A stretch of 61,857 nt of DNA from a virus. Positions 34,243 through 42,979 of the stretch are shown here, in pieces (position 1 is the stretch's first letter; each line of letters opens with the position of its first letter). The DNA lies in the IMG/VR virus record IMGVR_UViG_3300047462_000177, one strand, 5' to 3'. The notes beneath the pieces were generated by a model. The model saw only the letters and a list, made by a program, of their open reading frames with translations, had not been told where the DNA came from and did not search any database. Made by a program: the position numbers and the translations under genes.

Positions 34243-35085
34243 ATGACAGCTCAAGTTAGCCAGTTATCAGTACAATGCTTAGTAAAGATTTCAGGTACAA
34301 CTGCTCAAGCCTCACAGCTGATTGTTCAGGCTCTTGCTAAGAATGGTGGTACTACTGCTCAGGTAACACAGCTAATACTTCAGGCTTTGGTTAAGAATGG
34401 CGGGACTACAGCTCAAGTTGCACAGCTTCTACTCAACATCCTTGTCTGGAATGGTAGTCCGGTGACATATCCTGTTTTTCCTGTTACCTTAGGTTTAGGA
34501 TACAGTGTCATTAAGAGACCTGTATTCTACAATTCTCAGGCCAAGAGTGGTAGCGGTTGGACTACTCGTGTTGCATACAGTGCAACTCCTACATGGGAAT
34601 GGGATCTTACATATGAACGGCAAGAGGACTACAGTTCCTCTAGCGAGCTCAAGACTGTTCTTGGTTTTTACCTTGCTATGCAGGGTAGCTTCAAACCTTT
34701 CCTGTATCAAGATCAAGATGACAATGCCGTAGTAGGCCAAGCCCTAGGCACATCGGACGGCACGACAACCTCTTGGACCTTTGTAAGGACCTATGGCTAC
34801 AGCCAGACTGAGACAGAGAATGTAGGCTACGTTAATACTGGCAGTACTTTGAATGTGTATGTAGGTGGTACTCTACAGAGTCCATCAACCTACAGTGTTG
34901 TCACCACTACACCTATGTCTCAACTATTGACCTTCAACACAGCTCCAGCCACGGGATATGCTATCACAGCAGACTTTTCCTATTACTTTTATGTCCATTT
35001 CAAGGAAGACACCGAAGAGTGGGAGAAGTTCCTATACCAGCTTTGGTCCCTGAAGAAGATCACCATTGAAAGCCTAAAGGGCTAA
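34243..35085 (+). CDS. DUF2460 / GTA g12-like distal tail protein with a repeated N-terminal extension
   Basis: FPVTLGLGYSVIKRPVFYNSQAKSGSG..WEWDLTYE is the core. The N-terminus has four repeats of about 17-18 aa (GGTTAQVxQLxxQALxKN), encoded at 34246-34458. Confidence 0.6.
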   Translation: MTAQVSQLSVQCLVKISGTTAQASQLIVQALAKNGGTTAQVTQLILQALVKNGGTTAQVAQLLLNILVWNGSPVTYPVFPVTLGLGYSVIKRPVFYNSQAKSGSGWTTRVAYSATPTWEWDLTYERQEDYSSSSELKTVLGFYLAMQGSFKPFLYQDQDDNAVVGQALGTSDGTTTSWTFVRTYGYSQTETENVGYVNTGSTLNVYVGGTLQSPSTYSVVTTTPMSQLLTFNTAPATGYAITADFSYYFYVHFKEDTEEWEKFLYQLWSLKKITIESLKG

Positions 35086-35090
35086 ATATC

Positions 35091-35981
35091 ATGCGCCCAG
35101 CGTCAACTGCTCTTGTTTCATTCCTGCTTAGTAAGCAGCCCTGGTGGTCAGCTGACCTATTCACCTTCAGCCTGCCTAATGGTACAACTCTCCGCTACAC
35201 CAGCGCTGATGCGAACATCACCTACAGCGGCCATACTTGGTACTGTGCATCATCTAGCATCGTAGCACTGACTCGTAAGAGCTGGTCTGTCAAGAATACG
35301 ATGGACGTCCCTGAGATGGAGATCGAGCTTAACTCCTCAGGAACGGATTACACAGGAGGGGTCAATATCAAGCTCCTGTTACACAATGGCTTCTTTGATG
35401 GTGCCTGGCTTGAGATGGATAGGGCATTCATGCCCGCTTCTGGTACTTACGGGACTACCTCGCTGGGGACAGTCCCGATCTTTGCTGGGCCTGTAGGTCA
35501 GATCCAGATCACCTCCATAGGGGCTAAGATTACTGTTCGCGGTGCTAATGTCAAGCACCAGCAGTATATGCCTCGCAATCGATTCCTGACTTCCTGCATT
35601 CATGCTCTGTATGATACCGGATGTACTGTCTCAAAGTCAAGCTACACCTTTACAGGTACTGTTAGTACTGCCAATAAGATCCAGCTGAATTGGGTTTCTG
35701 ACCCTACAAGCGGCAACTACAATTACCTGGCTTATGGTGCTGTGACCATGACCTCAGGTGCTGCAACTGGTATCACACGCACCATAAGCCAAGTAGGTGC
35801 CTCTGGAATTGCTTATCCCTACCCTATGTATGAGGTTCCTGCAGCGGGCGACACCTTCAGCGTAGTGTATGGCTGCAACAAGACACTATCTAATGGTCCC
35901 AATGCTAACTGCGGGACCTTCAGCAACTCACAGCACTTCAGAGCCTTTCCTTATGTACCCCCTGCAGAGACGGGGGTATGA
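35091..35981 (+). CDS. DUF2163 + BR0599-like tail protein (GTA g13-like)
   Basis: The N-terminus has ADLFTFSLPNGTTLRYTSAD and the C-terminus has CNKTLSNGPNANCGTFSNSQHFRAFPYVP. Confidence 0.6.
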   Translation: MRPASTALVSFLLSKQPWWSADLFTFSLPNGTTLRYTSADANITYSGHTWYCASSSIVALTRKSWSVKNTMDVPEMEIELNSSGTDYTGGVNIKLLLHNGFFDGAWLEMDRAFMPASGTYGTTSLGTVPIFAGPVGQIQITSIGAKITVRGANVKHQQYMPRNRFLTSCIHALYDTGCTVSKSSYTFTGTVSTANKIQLNWVSDPTSGNYNYLAYGAVTMTSGAATGITRTISQVGASGIAYPYPMYEVPAAGDTFSVVYGCNKTLSNGPNANCGTFSNSQHFRAFPYVPPAETGV

Positions 35982-36586
35982 TGTCCCAAACAGAGACAGA
36001 TGAATCGCCGATCCCAATCACCTTGGTACCTACCCAAAAAGCCTTGGCTCTGATGCAGGGTGAAGCTGAAGCTGAAGCTGAAGCACGTGCGTTGGTCGTA
36101 GCTGAAGCCTTGACTTGGGATCAAACGCCTTATAGGCAGCAGGGATATGAGAAAGGGCCCAACGGTGCTGTTGATTGCTCTATGCTTCTTGTGGCTGCTT
36201 ACGTTGGCAGTGGTCTGGTGGAGGAATTCGATCCGAGACCGTACCCGCCTACTTGGTACCTACATCATTCAGAAGAGCGGTACCTTGCCTGGATGCAAAC
36301 CTTGGCAATCGAGGTTCAAACGGCTCAACCAGGAGACATCGCCCTCTTCAAGTTTGGGCGCTGCTTCTCCCATAGCGGGATCTTCACGCATAAACCAAAT
36401 CAGATTGTCCATGCGGCAGCTATAACAGGAAAGTGTACCTTAGGCGATCTCTCTGATCCTGAACTAAGGTATTTCGATAGGCGAGGCACTCAGTTAAGAC
36501 CTATGAAGATCTTCGACGTGTGGGCACACATCAAACAGATTGCCAACGGCAATAGCAATAGCATCAGCAACCAAGGTAATGTGTAA
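35978..36586 (+). CDS. NlpC/P60 cell-wall peptidase (GTA g14-like)
   Basis: Nucleophile block AVDCSMLLVAAY and His block FSHSGIF. The in-frame (gaagct)x4 repeat gives EAEAEAEA. Confidence 0.65.
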   Translation: MMSQTETDESPIPITLVPTQKALALMQGEAEAEAEARALVVAEALTWDQTPYRQQGYEKGPNGAVDCSMLLVAAYVGSGLVEEFDPRPYPPTWYLHHSEERYLAWMQTLAIEVQTAQPGDIALFKFGRCFSHSGIFTHKPNQIVHAAAITGKCTLGDLSDPELRYFDRRGTQLRPMKIFDVWAHIKQIANGNSNSISNQGNV

Positions 36587-39500
36587 TGGGTCTGTTTGGC
36601 AATGGTGGATCTGCTGCCCAAAAGATCACGCGATACACATCACTGGACATCCAGACATCTGCCTTAGGTGTATGCATCCCCTTGCTATGGGGCCGCAACC
36701 GAATTGGCTGCAACCTGATTTGGACTGGCAACTTCATATCGAAGCCCGTCTCTGGTAAAGGTGGCGGTAAGGGTGGCGGAGGTAAAGGTGGCGGCACATA
36801 TGACTACTGGTGTGCCTTAATTGCTGCCCTATGTGAGGGTACGATCCAGGATGTCCTACAATGCTGGCAAGACCAGCAATCGGAAAGCCTTAGCTACTGG
36901 AATCTAGGTCTAGTAACGGGCACTCAGAGCCAGGCCATACCTAGCTGGTTCACGTCAAACTTCCCCAGCCAGAGCCTGAGCTACGCAGGCACAGCGTATG
37001 TCTGGTCGCAGAAGTACTCACTAGGTGAGAGTGCTACGTTACCCAACCTTACTTTTGAGGTAGATGGCTATCTCTCTGGTACCTGCAGCATAGCAGGCAT
37101 CCCAGATGCTAACCCAGCAGACATTATCAATGACTACCTGACTAATTCTCTCTATGGCCTTGATCCAGGCGCTACTTACATTGACAGCACCTCTCTGAGC
37201 ACTTACAGGACCTACTGCCTAGCTCAAGCTCTCTTGCTGTCACCGTACCTCCGCACACAGGAACAGGCTACCCAAACGTTACAGAGATGGGCGCAGCTCA
37301 CCAATTCTTGGATCTTCTGGAATGGTGTGGAGATGAAATTTGTCCCTTTGGGGGACGCGACAATCACCAGCAACGGGGTGACCTATACTCCTAACCTAAC
37401 GCCCATCTACGCTCTGGATGAGAGTGACTTCATCCCCGATTCCAAAGATGGTCCCCTTGTAACAGTCACGCGTATTGACCCTGCTGATGGCTACAATCGC
37501 GTAGAGATCGACAACCGCAACCGGAACGATCTTTACAATACCGACCCCACATACTGGGAAGACTCTACCTCTGTCTCAACCTTTGGCCAGCTGCAGTCGC
37601 AGACTGTCACAGCAGACGAGGTGTGTGATCCTAATGTAGCTGCTATCATGGCCTCCTTGATAGGGCAGCGAAGCGTCTACATCAGGAACACCTATGAGTT
37701 CACGCTTGACTATTCCTACATCCTTCTTGAGCCAGGTGACATTGTTACCTTAACAGATTCCAATATCGGCATCATTACAACTCCTGTCAGGATTACTGAT
37801 GTTAGCGAGGATGACAAAGGCTATCTGAAATTCGGAGCTGAAGAATGCCCTGGAAGTGTCGGCATATCTAGTGCCCATCCAAAGCAATCAGTTACGAATA
37901 ATATCGTCAATACCCAAGTAGATCCTGGAGTAGTGAACCCTCCACTGATTATTGAGCCTCCTGTAAGCTTAACAGGTGGTGTACCTGAACTGTGGATTGG
38001 TGCTTCAGGAGGAGCTAATTGGGGCGGAGCACAGATCTGGGTATCGGCTGATGGTACCAACTATGCTTCTGTAGGACAGGTCACAAGCCCAATTATTCAA
38101 GGCACGCTATCAGCTTCTCTTGCTTTGCATGTCGACCCTGACAACTCCAACACGATATCCGTCAACCTAACGGAGAGTGATACTACCCTCCCAACCAGCT
38201 TCACCAGCGCTGACGCCAATGCCTATCGCACAGCATCTTTGATCGACAACGAGATCATATCCTTTGGCACCTCTACATCTACAGGTGCATTCACATACAA
38301 CCTTACAGGTTTACGTCGAGGGGTCTACAATACTACGCCTGCATCACATTCTACAGGAGCACAGTTCTACTGGATTAGCTCTGCTGATACGTTTACCTAT
38401 TCTCTGCCTCAGGCTTACGTAGGCACAACTCTCTACTTCAAGTTCCTGAGCTTCAACCAATTCGGCAATGCCCTTGAACAGCTGTCCGGCGTTAGCGCTT
38501 ACACTTATACGCCTACAGGTGTAGGTTATACCATAGCTCCTCCTACGTCGGCCTCTACTGCTGTCACTCGGACGACTCAGGCTGACGGTACTACTCTGCT
38601 GAACATGACTGTATCATGGACAGCCTCAACAGGTCCGAATCTGGCAGGCTACAATGTTAGCTGGTCAACAAATGGAGGCTCTACATATAGCACTCCTATC
38701 CAAGTAGGTTCAGCAGCTACATCTTACACATTGACACCAGCTGTAGCTTCAACCAATTACATCTTCCGTGTACAGGCTTATAGTCAGAACGGCCTTGCAC
38801 TATCTACCTACGCCACCGCCGCATCTGTATCCAGCGGGACTCTAGTTGCAAGTGTACCATCAGCACCAAGTGGCGTTACAGCTACAGCTGTGGGCACCCA
38901 AGCGCAGATTGCCTGGACATCAGGACCTCAGACCAATCTCTTCTACACTATCAGCCGAGCATCAGGTACTGGTGCTTCCTTCTCAAGTGCCTCCATCGTA
39001 GGCTATGGTGCTCAAGGATCCACCACGTTCCTCGACACTTCTACAAGTGCTTCTACTGCTTACACCTACTTTGTTCAAGCTTCCAATGCTGCGGGTACCT
39101 CAAGTGCCTCATCAGGGGTAAACTGCACTACAGGGACTGTAGCCACCTCGATAGTTGTTGAGGTTAACAACACCGTCGATGCTGTAGGCACCATCTCTTT
39201 CAACGCTGGGCTCCTTGGTACAGTGAGCTCGGGGACCTTGGAGCTGTCTGTCCCTACACAGCTAACACTGGAATCTCAAGGGACTACAGAGACCGCAAGC
39301 TTCCTCAACTTCGGGTCAAATCTCACTGCCACCTTGGCTAGTGGTACCCTGACTATTCAAGGTGCTCCACAGACCTACTTCGAGTCATCTGGCACCGTTG
39401 TCTCTGCTAACACACTCAACGTCTCATCGGGGCTCACAGCCTCAGTAGCCTCTGGTACTCTCACTCTGACCTCGGGCGGTGGAGGAGGTGGTGCGGGGAC

Positions 39501-40749
39501 ACTCGAACTATACCAGGGAGGCAGCTACACCCCATTCGGCACGCTCGTGGCGACCAACGGTGTGACGGCTGCCGTGTCGTCGGGGACCGCCACTCTCCAG
39601 GGACTATCCTACGCCAACCAGGGAACTTTGATCGGAGGCAGCACGGTCGCGGGCTCGACGTGGAACCCTTCCTACGTCGGGGGGTCGTCTACGCTCAGCG
39701 GAGGCAACCTGACGTTCAACGGCTCCAACACGGGCTCCTACAACTGGACAATGTGCATCGCCCAGTCCACGAACACTACAGGGGTCACAAAGTTCTATTG
39801 GGAAATCACCACAGGCTCCCAAACCGGCTCCAATACCATGATCGGCCTCGCCACCTACGGCGCGGCGCTGGGCGCCTGGATGGGCAGCAGCGACAGCAGC
39901 GGTATAGGATTCGAGGGCCAGGGGAGTGTGTGGTATGCCGGCAATGGGTCCTACGAGACTGGCATCACCTATGGCGCCAGCACCACCATCGGCATCGCCT
40001 GGGACGTCAATGCAGGCAAACTGTGGTTCAACATCGGGGGCTCCTGGGTCAGCGGCAACCCCGCGACAGGGACTGGGGGCAGTACGATGCCTGTGGTGGG
40101 AACCCCCCACCCTGCTGTGGCTGTCCTCGGGTCTGGGTCGAGTGCGACGGCCAACTTCGGCAGCTCGACCTTCGCCTACAGCGTCCCGACAGGCTTCACG
40201 GCCTACGGAGCAGCCAGCATCGCAGCAGTGAACCTATCGGAGATCAACTTCTCCACCAACCTGAGCGCTGTGCTCAGTGGCAGTACGCTCACCGTCACGG
40301 CTCCCCAGCAGCTGACGCTGGAGTCGGCTGGAACAGTCGTATCGGCTAGCACACTCAATGCGGGCACCGGAATCGCGATGAACTCGGGCGGCACGATCAC
40401 GACCGTTGGTCAACAACCCTTCGACCTTCTCGTGTTCAATCCGGGAACCCTCGCGTCCTCTCAGAAACTCGTGCGCGCCGTCATGGCTCGCCAAGTGGTG
40501 TTCCCCACGAACTTCTCAGGCTCCTACGTCGGCGCGGGCACGGCGGCAACCGCCTCCAACACGTTGACGATCTCGAACGGTGTCACTCAGGTCGGAAGCA
40601 TCGTCATCCCCGCATCTTCCTCGACAGGAACGATCTCCGTCGCGAGCGCCACCACGATCACGGCAGGCGGCACGCTTAACATCGTCAATCAGGCCACTGC
40701 GGACGTGACGCTTGCCGATCTCAGCTTGACCCTCACCGGAGTTCGTTAA
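36586..40749 (+). CDS. host-specificity / central tail fibre protein (J-like, GTA g15-like) with FN3 repeats and a C-terminal SPRY-like domain
   Basis: The N-terminus has SALGVCIPLLWGRNRIGCNLIW. Two FN3-like units are encoded at about 38520-39120. An SPRY-like block (FYWEI..IGIAWDVNAGKLWF..ANFGSSTFAYSVPTGF) is encoded at about 39700-40210. Confidence 0.8.
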   Translation: MGLFGNGGSAAQKITRYTSLDIQTSALGVCIPLLWGRNRIGCNLIWTGNFISKPVSGKGGGKGGGGKGGGTYDYWCALIAALCEGTIQDVLQCWQDQQSESLSYWNLGLVTGTQSQAIPSWFTSNFPSQSLSYAGTAYVWSQKYSLGESATLPNLTFEVDGYLSGTCSIAGIPDANPADIINDYLTNSLYGLDPGATYIDSTSLSTYRTYCLAQALLLSPYLRTQEQATQTLQRWAQLTNSWIFWNGVEMKFVPLGDATITSNGVTYTPNLTPIYALDESDFIPDSKDGPLVTVTRIDPADGYNRVEIDNRNRNDLYNTDPTYWEDSTSVSTFGQLQSQTVTADEVCDPNVAAIMASLIGQRSVYIRNTYEFTLDYSYILLEPGDIVTLTDSNIGIITTPVRITDVSEDDKGYLKFGAEECPGSVGISSAHPKQSVTNNIVNTQVDPGVVNPPLIIEPPVSLTGGVPELWIGASGGANWGGAQIWVSADGTNYASVGQVTSPIIQGTLSASLALHVDPDNSNTISVNLTESDTTLPTSFTSADANAYRTASLIDNEIISFGTSTSTGAFTYNLTGLRRGVYNTTPASHSTGAQFYWISSADTFTYSLPQAYVGTTLYFKFLSFNQFGNALEQLSGVSAYTYTPTGVGYTIAPPTSASTAVTRTTQADGTTLLNMTVSWTASTGPNLAGYNVSWSTNGGSTYSTPIQVGSAATSYTLTPAVASTNYIFRVQAYSQNGLALSTYATAASVSSGTLVASVPSAPSGVTATAVGTQAQIAWTSGPQTNLFYTISRASGTGASFSSASIVGYGAQGSTTFLDTSTSASTAYTYFVQASNAAGTSSASSGVNCTTGTVATSIVVEVNNTVDAVGTISFNAGLLGTVSSGTLELSVPTQLTLESQGTTETASFLNFGSNLTATLASGTLTIQGAPQTYFESSGTVVSANTLNVSSGLTASVASGTLTLTSGGGGGGAGTLELYQGGSYTPFGTLVATNGVTAAVSSGTATLQGLSYANQGTLIGGSTVAGSTWNPSYVGGSSTLSGGNLTFNGSNTGSYNWTMCIAQSTNTTGVTKFYWEITTGSQTGSNTMIGLATYGAALGAWMGSSDSSGIGFEGQGSVWYAGNGSYETGITYGASTTIGIAWDVNAGKLWFNIGGSWVSGNPATGTGGSTMPVVGTPHPAVAVLGSGSSATANFGSSTFAYSVPTGFTAYGAASIAAVNLSEINFSTNLSAVLSGSTLTVTAPQQLTLESAGTVVSASTLNAGTGIAMNSGGTITTVGQQPFDLLVFNPGTLASSQKLVRAVMARQVVFPTNFSGSYVGAGTAATASNTLTISNGVTQVGSIVIPASSSTGTISVASATTITAGGTLNIVNQATADVTLADLSLTLTGVR

Positions 40750-40830
40750 ATGACCGCGACCATTCAGGCCCTTGAGGGCTTCGACAACTGGCGTGCGCCG
40801 GGATAGCGTTCGCCACGGTGGCTAACCAGC
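39470..40830 (+). other. high-GC mosaic segment (C-terminal third of the tail fibre plus downstream remnant)
   Basis: An abrupt rise in G/C at third codon positions begins at the GGGGGG linker. The supplied track shows several long overlapping ORFs in other frames only within this stretch. Confidence 0.6.
40750..40806 (+). pseudogene. 18-codon remnant ORF (MTATIQALEGFDNWRAPG)
   Basis: It starts 1 nt after the fibre stop, is GC-rich, and shares the EGFDN motif with the N-terminus of 33223..34239. Confidence 0.25.
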
Positions 40831-40917
40831 CCGCGTGCTGGCGGCAGCTACAGTTCTATACGTGACACAGTGTGTTAGGACACTGTCAACTCGTCCTGGG
40901 CTATCTAATAAGGTGAG

Positions 40918-41769
40918 ATGAAAATGGAAGATGGTTCAAAGACACAAGGCGCTACATCTGATGAGATACGTGACTGGTTTGCTTCGATGATGGATGGACA
41001 TAACCCATCTTCCTCACTTGATCGACGCCTACAAACACAGCGTGAGGAATTCATTGTCCTGAAGAAGGATCAGGAAGATATTAAGGGGCAACTGAATGAT
41101 CTAGGTGCTGCTGTTCAAGCACTCATCGTGGAGTTCAAGGAGAGTCGCAAGGTCAATTACCCTATGCTAGTGCTCCTCTTCTCTCTGATTCCCTTTGCAG
41201 GAGGCGGTAGCCTATACTTCATCTCAGGGCAGATCGATAAGGCTGTAGCTCCTATCACAAGCAACATCTCACAGCTGCAGACTAACCAGACTGCTCACGA
41301 TAAGCAGATCACAGATATAAACATCAAGGACAATACCCAAGACAGGTTGATCTCCAACCAGGAGACCCAGCTAGCCTCTCTGATCGCAGAGCAGAAGACA
41401 TCAGCTGATACACTACAGCGGCTATCCGAAGCTACGTCACATTCAAGTGCTTCAGAAGCTGCTAGCCAAGCCGACCGTGTACAGATCAACATGCGTATTC
41501 AATCCTTGGAGCAGCAGGAAGCCAAAGTCGTGGCTGATCGAGCCTCAGCGCGAGCTGAAGTATCTGCTAGACTTGTGGAGATCGAACAGCAGTTCCATGC
41601 CATGTCGAATATCTCCAACATCCAGATGGCCAACCAGAATCGTATCAACTCCATGCTCTGGGAGAAGACACATCCTGGTGAGCGCTACCCTGAACGTGAT
41701 TTCTTCCCGAGTACCATCTACCAAACAAGCCCTGCTCCCTTAGGAGCATCAGGCAGGCAAGGGAGCTAG
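40918..41769 (+). CDS. membrane-anchored coiled-coil protein preceding the endolysin
   Basis: One TM segment (YPMLVLLFSLIPFAGGGSLYFISG) followed by a long Gln-rich coiled coil. Confidence 0.55.
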   Translation: MKMEDGSKTQGATSDEIRDWFASMMDGHNPSSSLDRRLQTQREEFIVLKKDQEDIKGQLNDLGAAVQALIVEFKESRKVNYPMLVLLFSLIPFAGGGSLYFISGQIDKAVAPITSNISQLQTNQTAHDKQITDINIKDNTQDRLISNQETQLASLIAEQKTSADTLQRLSEATSHSSASEAASQADRVQINMRIQSLEQQEAKVVADRASARAEVSARLVEIEQQFHAMSNISNIQMANQNRINSMLWEKTHPGERYPERDFFPSTIYQTSPAPLGASGRQGS

Positions 41770-41771
41770 TC

Positions 41772-42524
41772 ATGGCTATTGATATCACCCCAGCTTTGGT
41801 TGCTTCATGCCCACACATGTCCTCATACAACATCAACGTGTGGTCTACTGCCTTCCGTGGCCCCTTAGAGCGGTACAAGATCACCTCTGTGCATCAACTA
41901 GCTGCCTTCATAGGGCAGGTAGTTGTTGAGTCAGGCGGTTTCACCGAGCTAGTGGAGAACATGAACTACAGCGCTCAGGGTCTCCGCAATACCTGGCCTC
42001 AGCGCTTTCCATCATTAGCTTTGGCAATGCAGTATGCTAGGCAGCCTGAGAAGATAGGCAACTTTGTTTATGCCAACAGAATGGGTAACGGTCCTCCAGA
42101 ATCAGGTGACGGCTATCTATTCAGAGGCCGTGGAGCATTACAGACTACTGGTCGAGAAGCCTACACCAAGCTAGCCAACGCCTACGGCCGCACTCCAGCT
42201 GACATGGCCAGCTGGATGGAAACGCCAAGCGGCGCAGCTGAGGCAGGGTGTTGGGATTGGATTAACCTGGATTGTGGTGCCTTAGCAGATGCTTGGGCTC
42301 TGACAAAGCTCTCTATAAGGATCAACGGAGGGACCATAGGCCTTGATGACCGTATTGCAATGTGCAACATTGCCCTAAAGGCATTAGGAGCTTCTGTTCC
42401 CTCTAATGCTGTACCTGAAAAGATTCCAGTTGCAGTTGTAGGCGACCAAACATCTACGTCATCTGATTCACTAAATCAGATGCAACTAAGTCTGCTAGAC
42501 ACCACCCAACCCAACGGAGGCTAA
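41772..42524 (+). CDS. endolysin, glycoside hydrolase family 19 (chitinase-like)
   Basis: AAFIGQVVVESGGF..YLFRGRGALQTTGREAYT is the GH19 phage lysozyme signature. Confidence 0.8.
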   Translation: MAIDITPALVASCPHMSSYNINVWSTAFRGPLERYKITSVHQLAAFIGQVVVESGGFTELVENMNYSAQGLRNTWPQRFPSLALAMQYARQPEKIGNFVYANRMGNGPPESGDGYLFRGRGALQTTGREAYTKLANAYGRTPADMASWMETPSGAAEAGCWDWINLDCGALADAWALTKLSIRINGGTIGLDDRIAMCNIALKALGASVPSNAVPEKIPVAVVGDQTSTSSDSLNQMQLSLLDTTQPNGG

Positions 42525-42525
42525 G

Positions 42526-42816
42526 ATGACTGCTGATGAACTTACTGCCTTGTTGACCACCATCGGGATGCCGGCTAGCTACATTCCGATTACCGTCTTA
42601 CTGTTCGTAGCACTGTGCGGTATATGTGCACAGCTAGCTGCCTGGCTGCCGCAATCTACCCCTACATCCAGCAAGTGGTATTTCTACTTCCGGATGATCC
42701 TCAACTGGCTAGGTGGCAACTATGCCAACGCAAAGAATGAACTCAATGCCGACAAACTCAAAGCGGCAATAACCCTCGCGGAAGCAAAGCCCGTTTCAGG
42801 ACCACAAAAATCGTGA
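42526..42816 (+). CDS. holin-like small membrane protein
   Basis: 96 aa with the TM segment IPITVLLFVALCGICAQLAAWL, adjacent to the endolysin. Confidence 0.5.
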   Translation: MTADELTALLTTIGMPASYIPITVLLFVALCGICAQLAAWLPQSTPTSSKWYFYFRMILNWLGGNYANAKNELNADKLKAAITLAEAKPVSGPQKS

Positions 42817-42836
42817 CGTAGTAGGTCCAAGACCAA

Positions 42837-42876
42837 GGGTTCCAAGCGCTTCGCGCTGTACTCGAGCCCCCGTCAA
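42837..42876. repeat. GC-rich dispersed repeat family 2, copy G
   Basis: gggttccaagcgcttcgcgctgtactcgagcccccgtcaa, plus a 7-bp inverted repeat ctcgagc/gctcgag. Confidence 0.8.
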
Positions 42877-42908
42877 TAGCGTTGCTCGAGGCACACTTGC
42901 CTAAGACT

Positions 42909-42934
42909 AGGAAAGCCCCGTGAGGGGCTTTCCT
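42909..42934. terminator. bidirectional hairpin at the convergence of the two arms
   Basis: aggaaagcccc-gtga-ggggctttcct, an 11-bp perfect stem. Confidence 0.65.
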
Positions 42935-42979
42935 TATCCAGCTTATAGTGCAGCAACAAACAGGCAAAACTAGGTGCTT

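Noticed and set aside
39604-40494. A cluster of overlapping ORFs (39604..40110, 39660..40349, 39926..40231, 40234..40494) as nested genes.
   Set aside because: They coincide exactly with the high-GC segment of the fibre gene, where stop codons are rare in all frames. The fibre frame carries the recognisable SPRY-like blocks.
36586-40749. A diversity-generating retroelement acting on the fibre C-terminus, because of the repeated LTLES..GT..SA..LN motifs.
   Set aside because: No reverse transcriptase gene exists in the genome. The repeated motifs differ at many positions and in GC content, rather than showing an adenine-specific template/variable repeat pattern.
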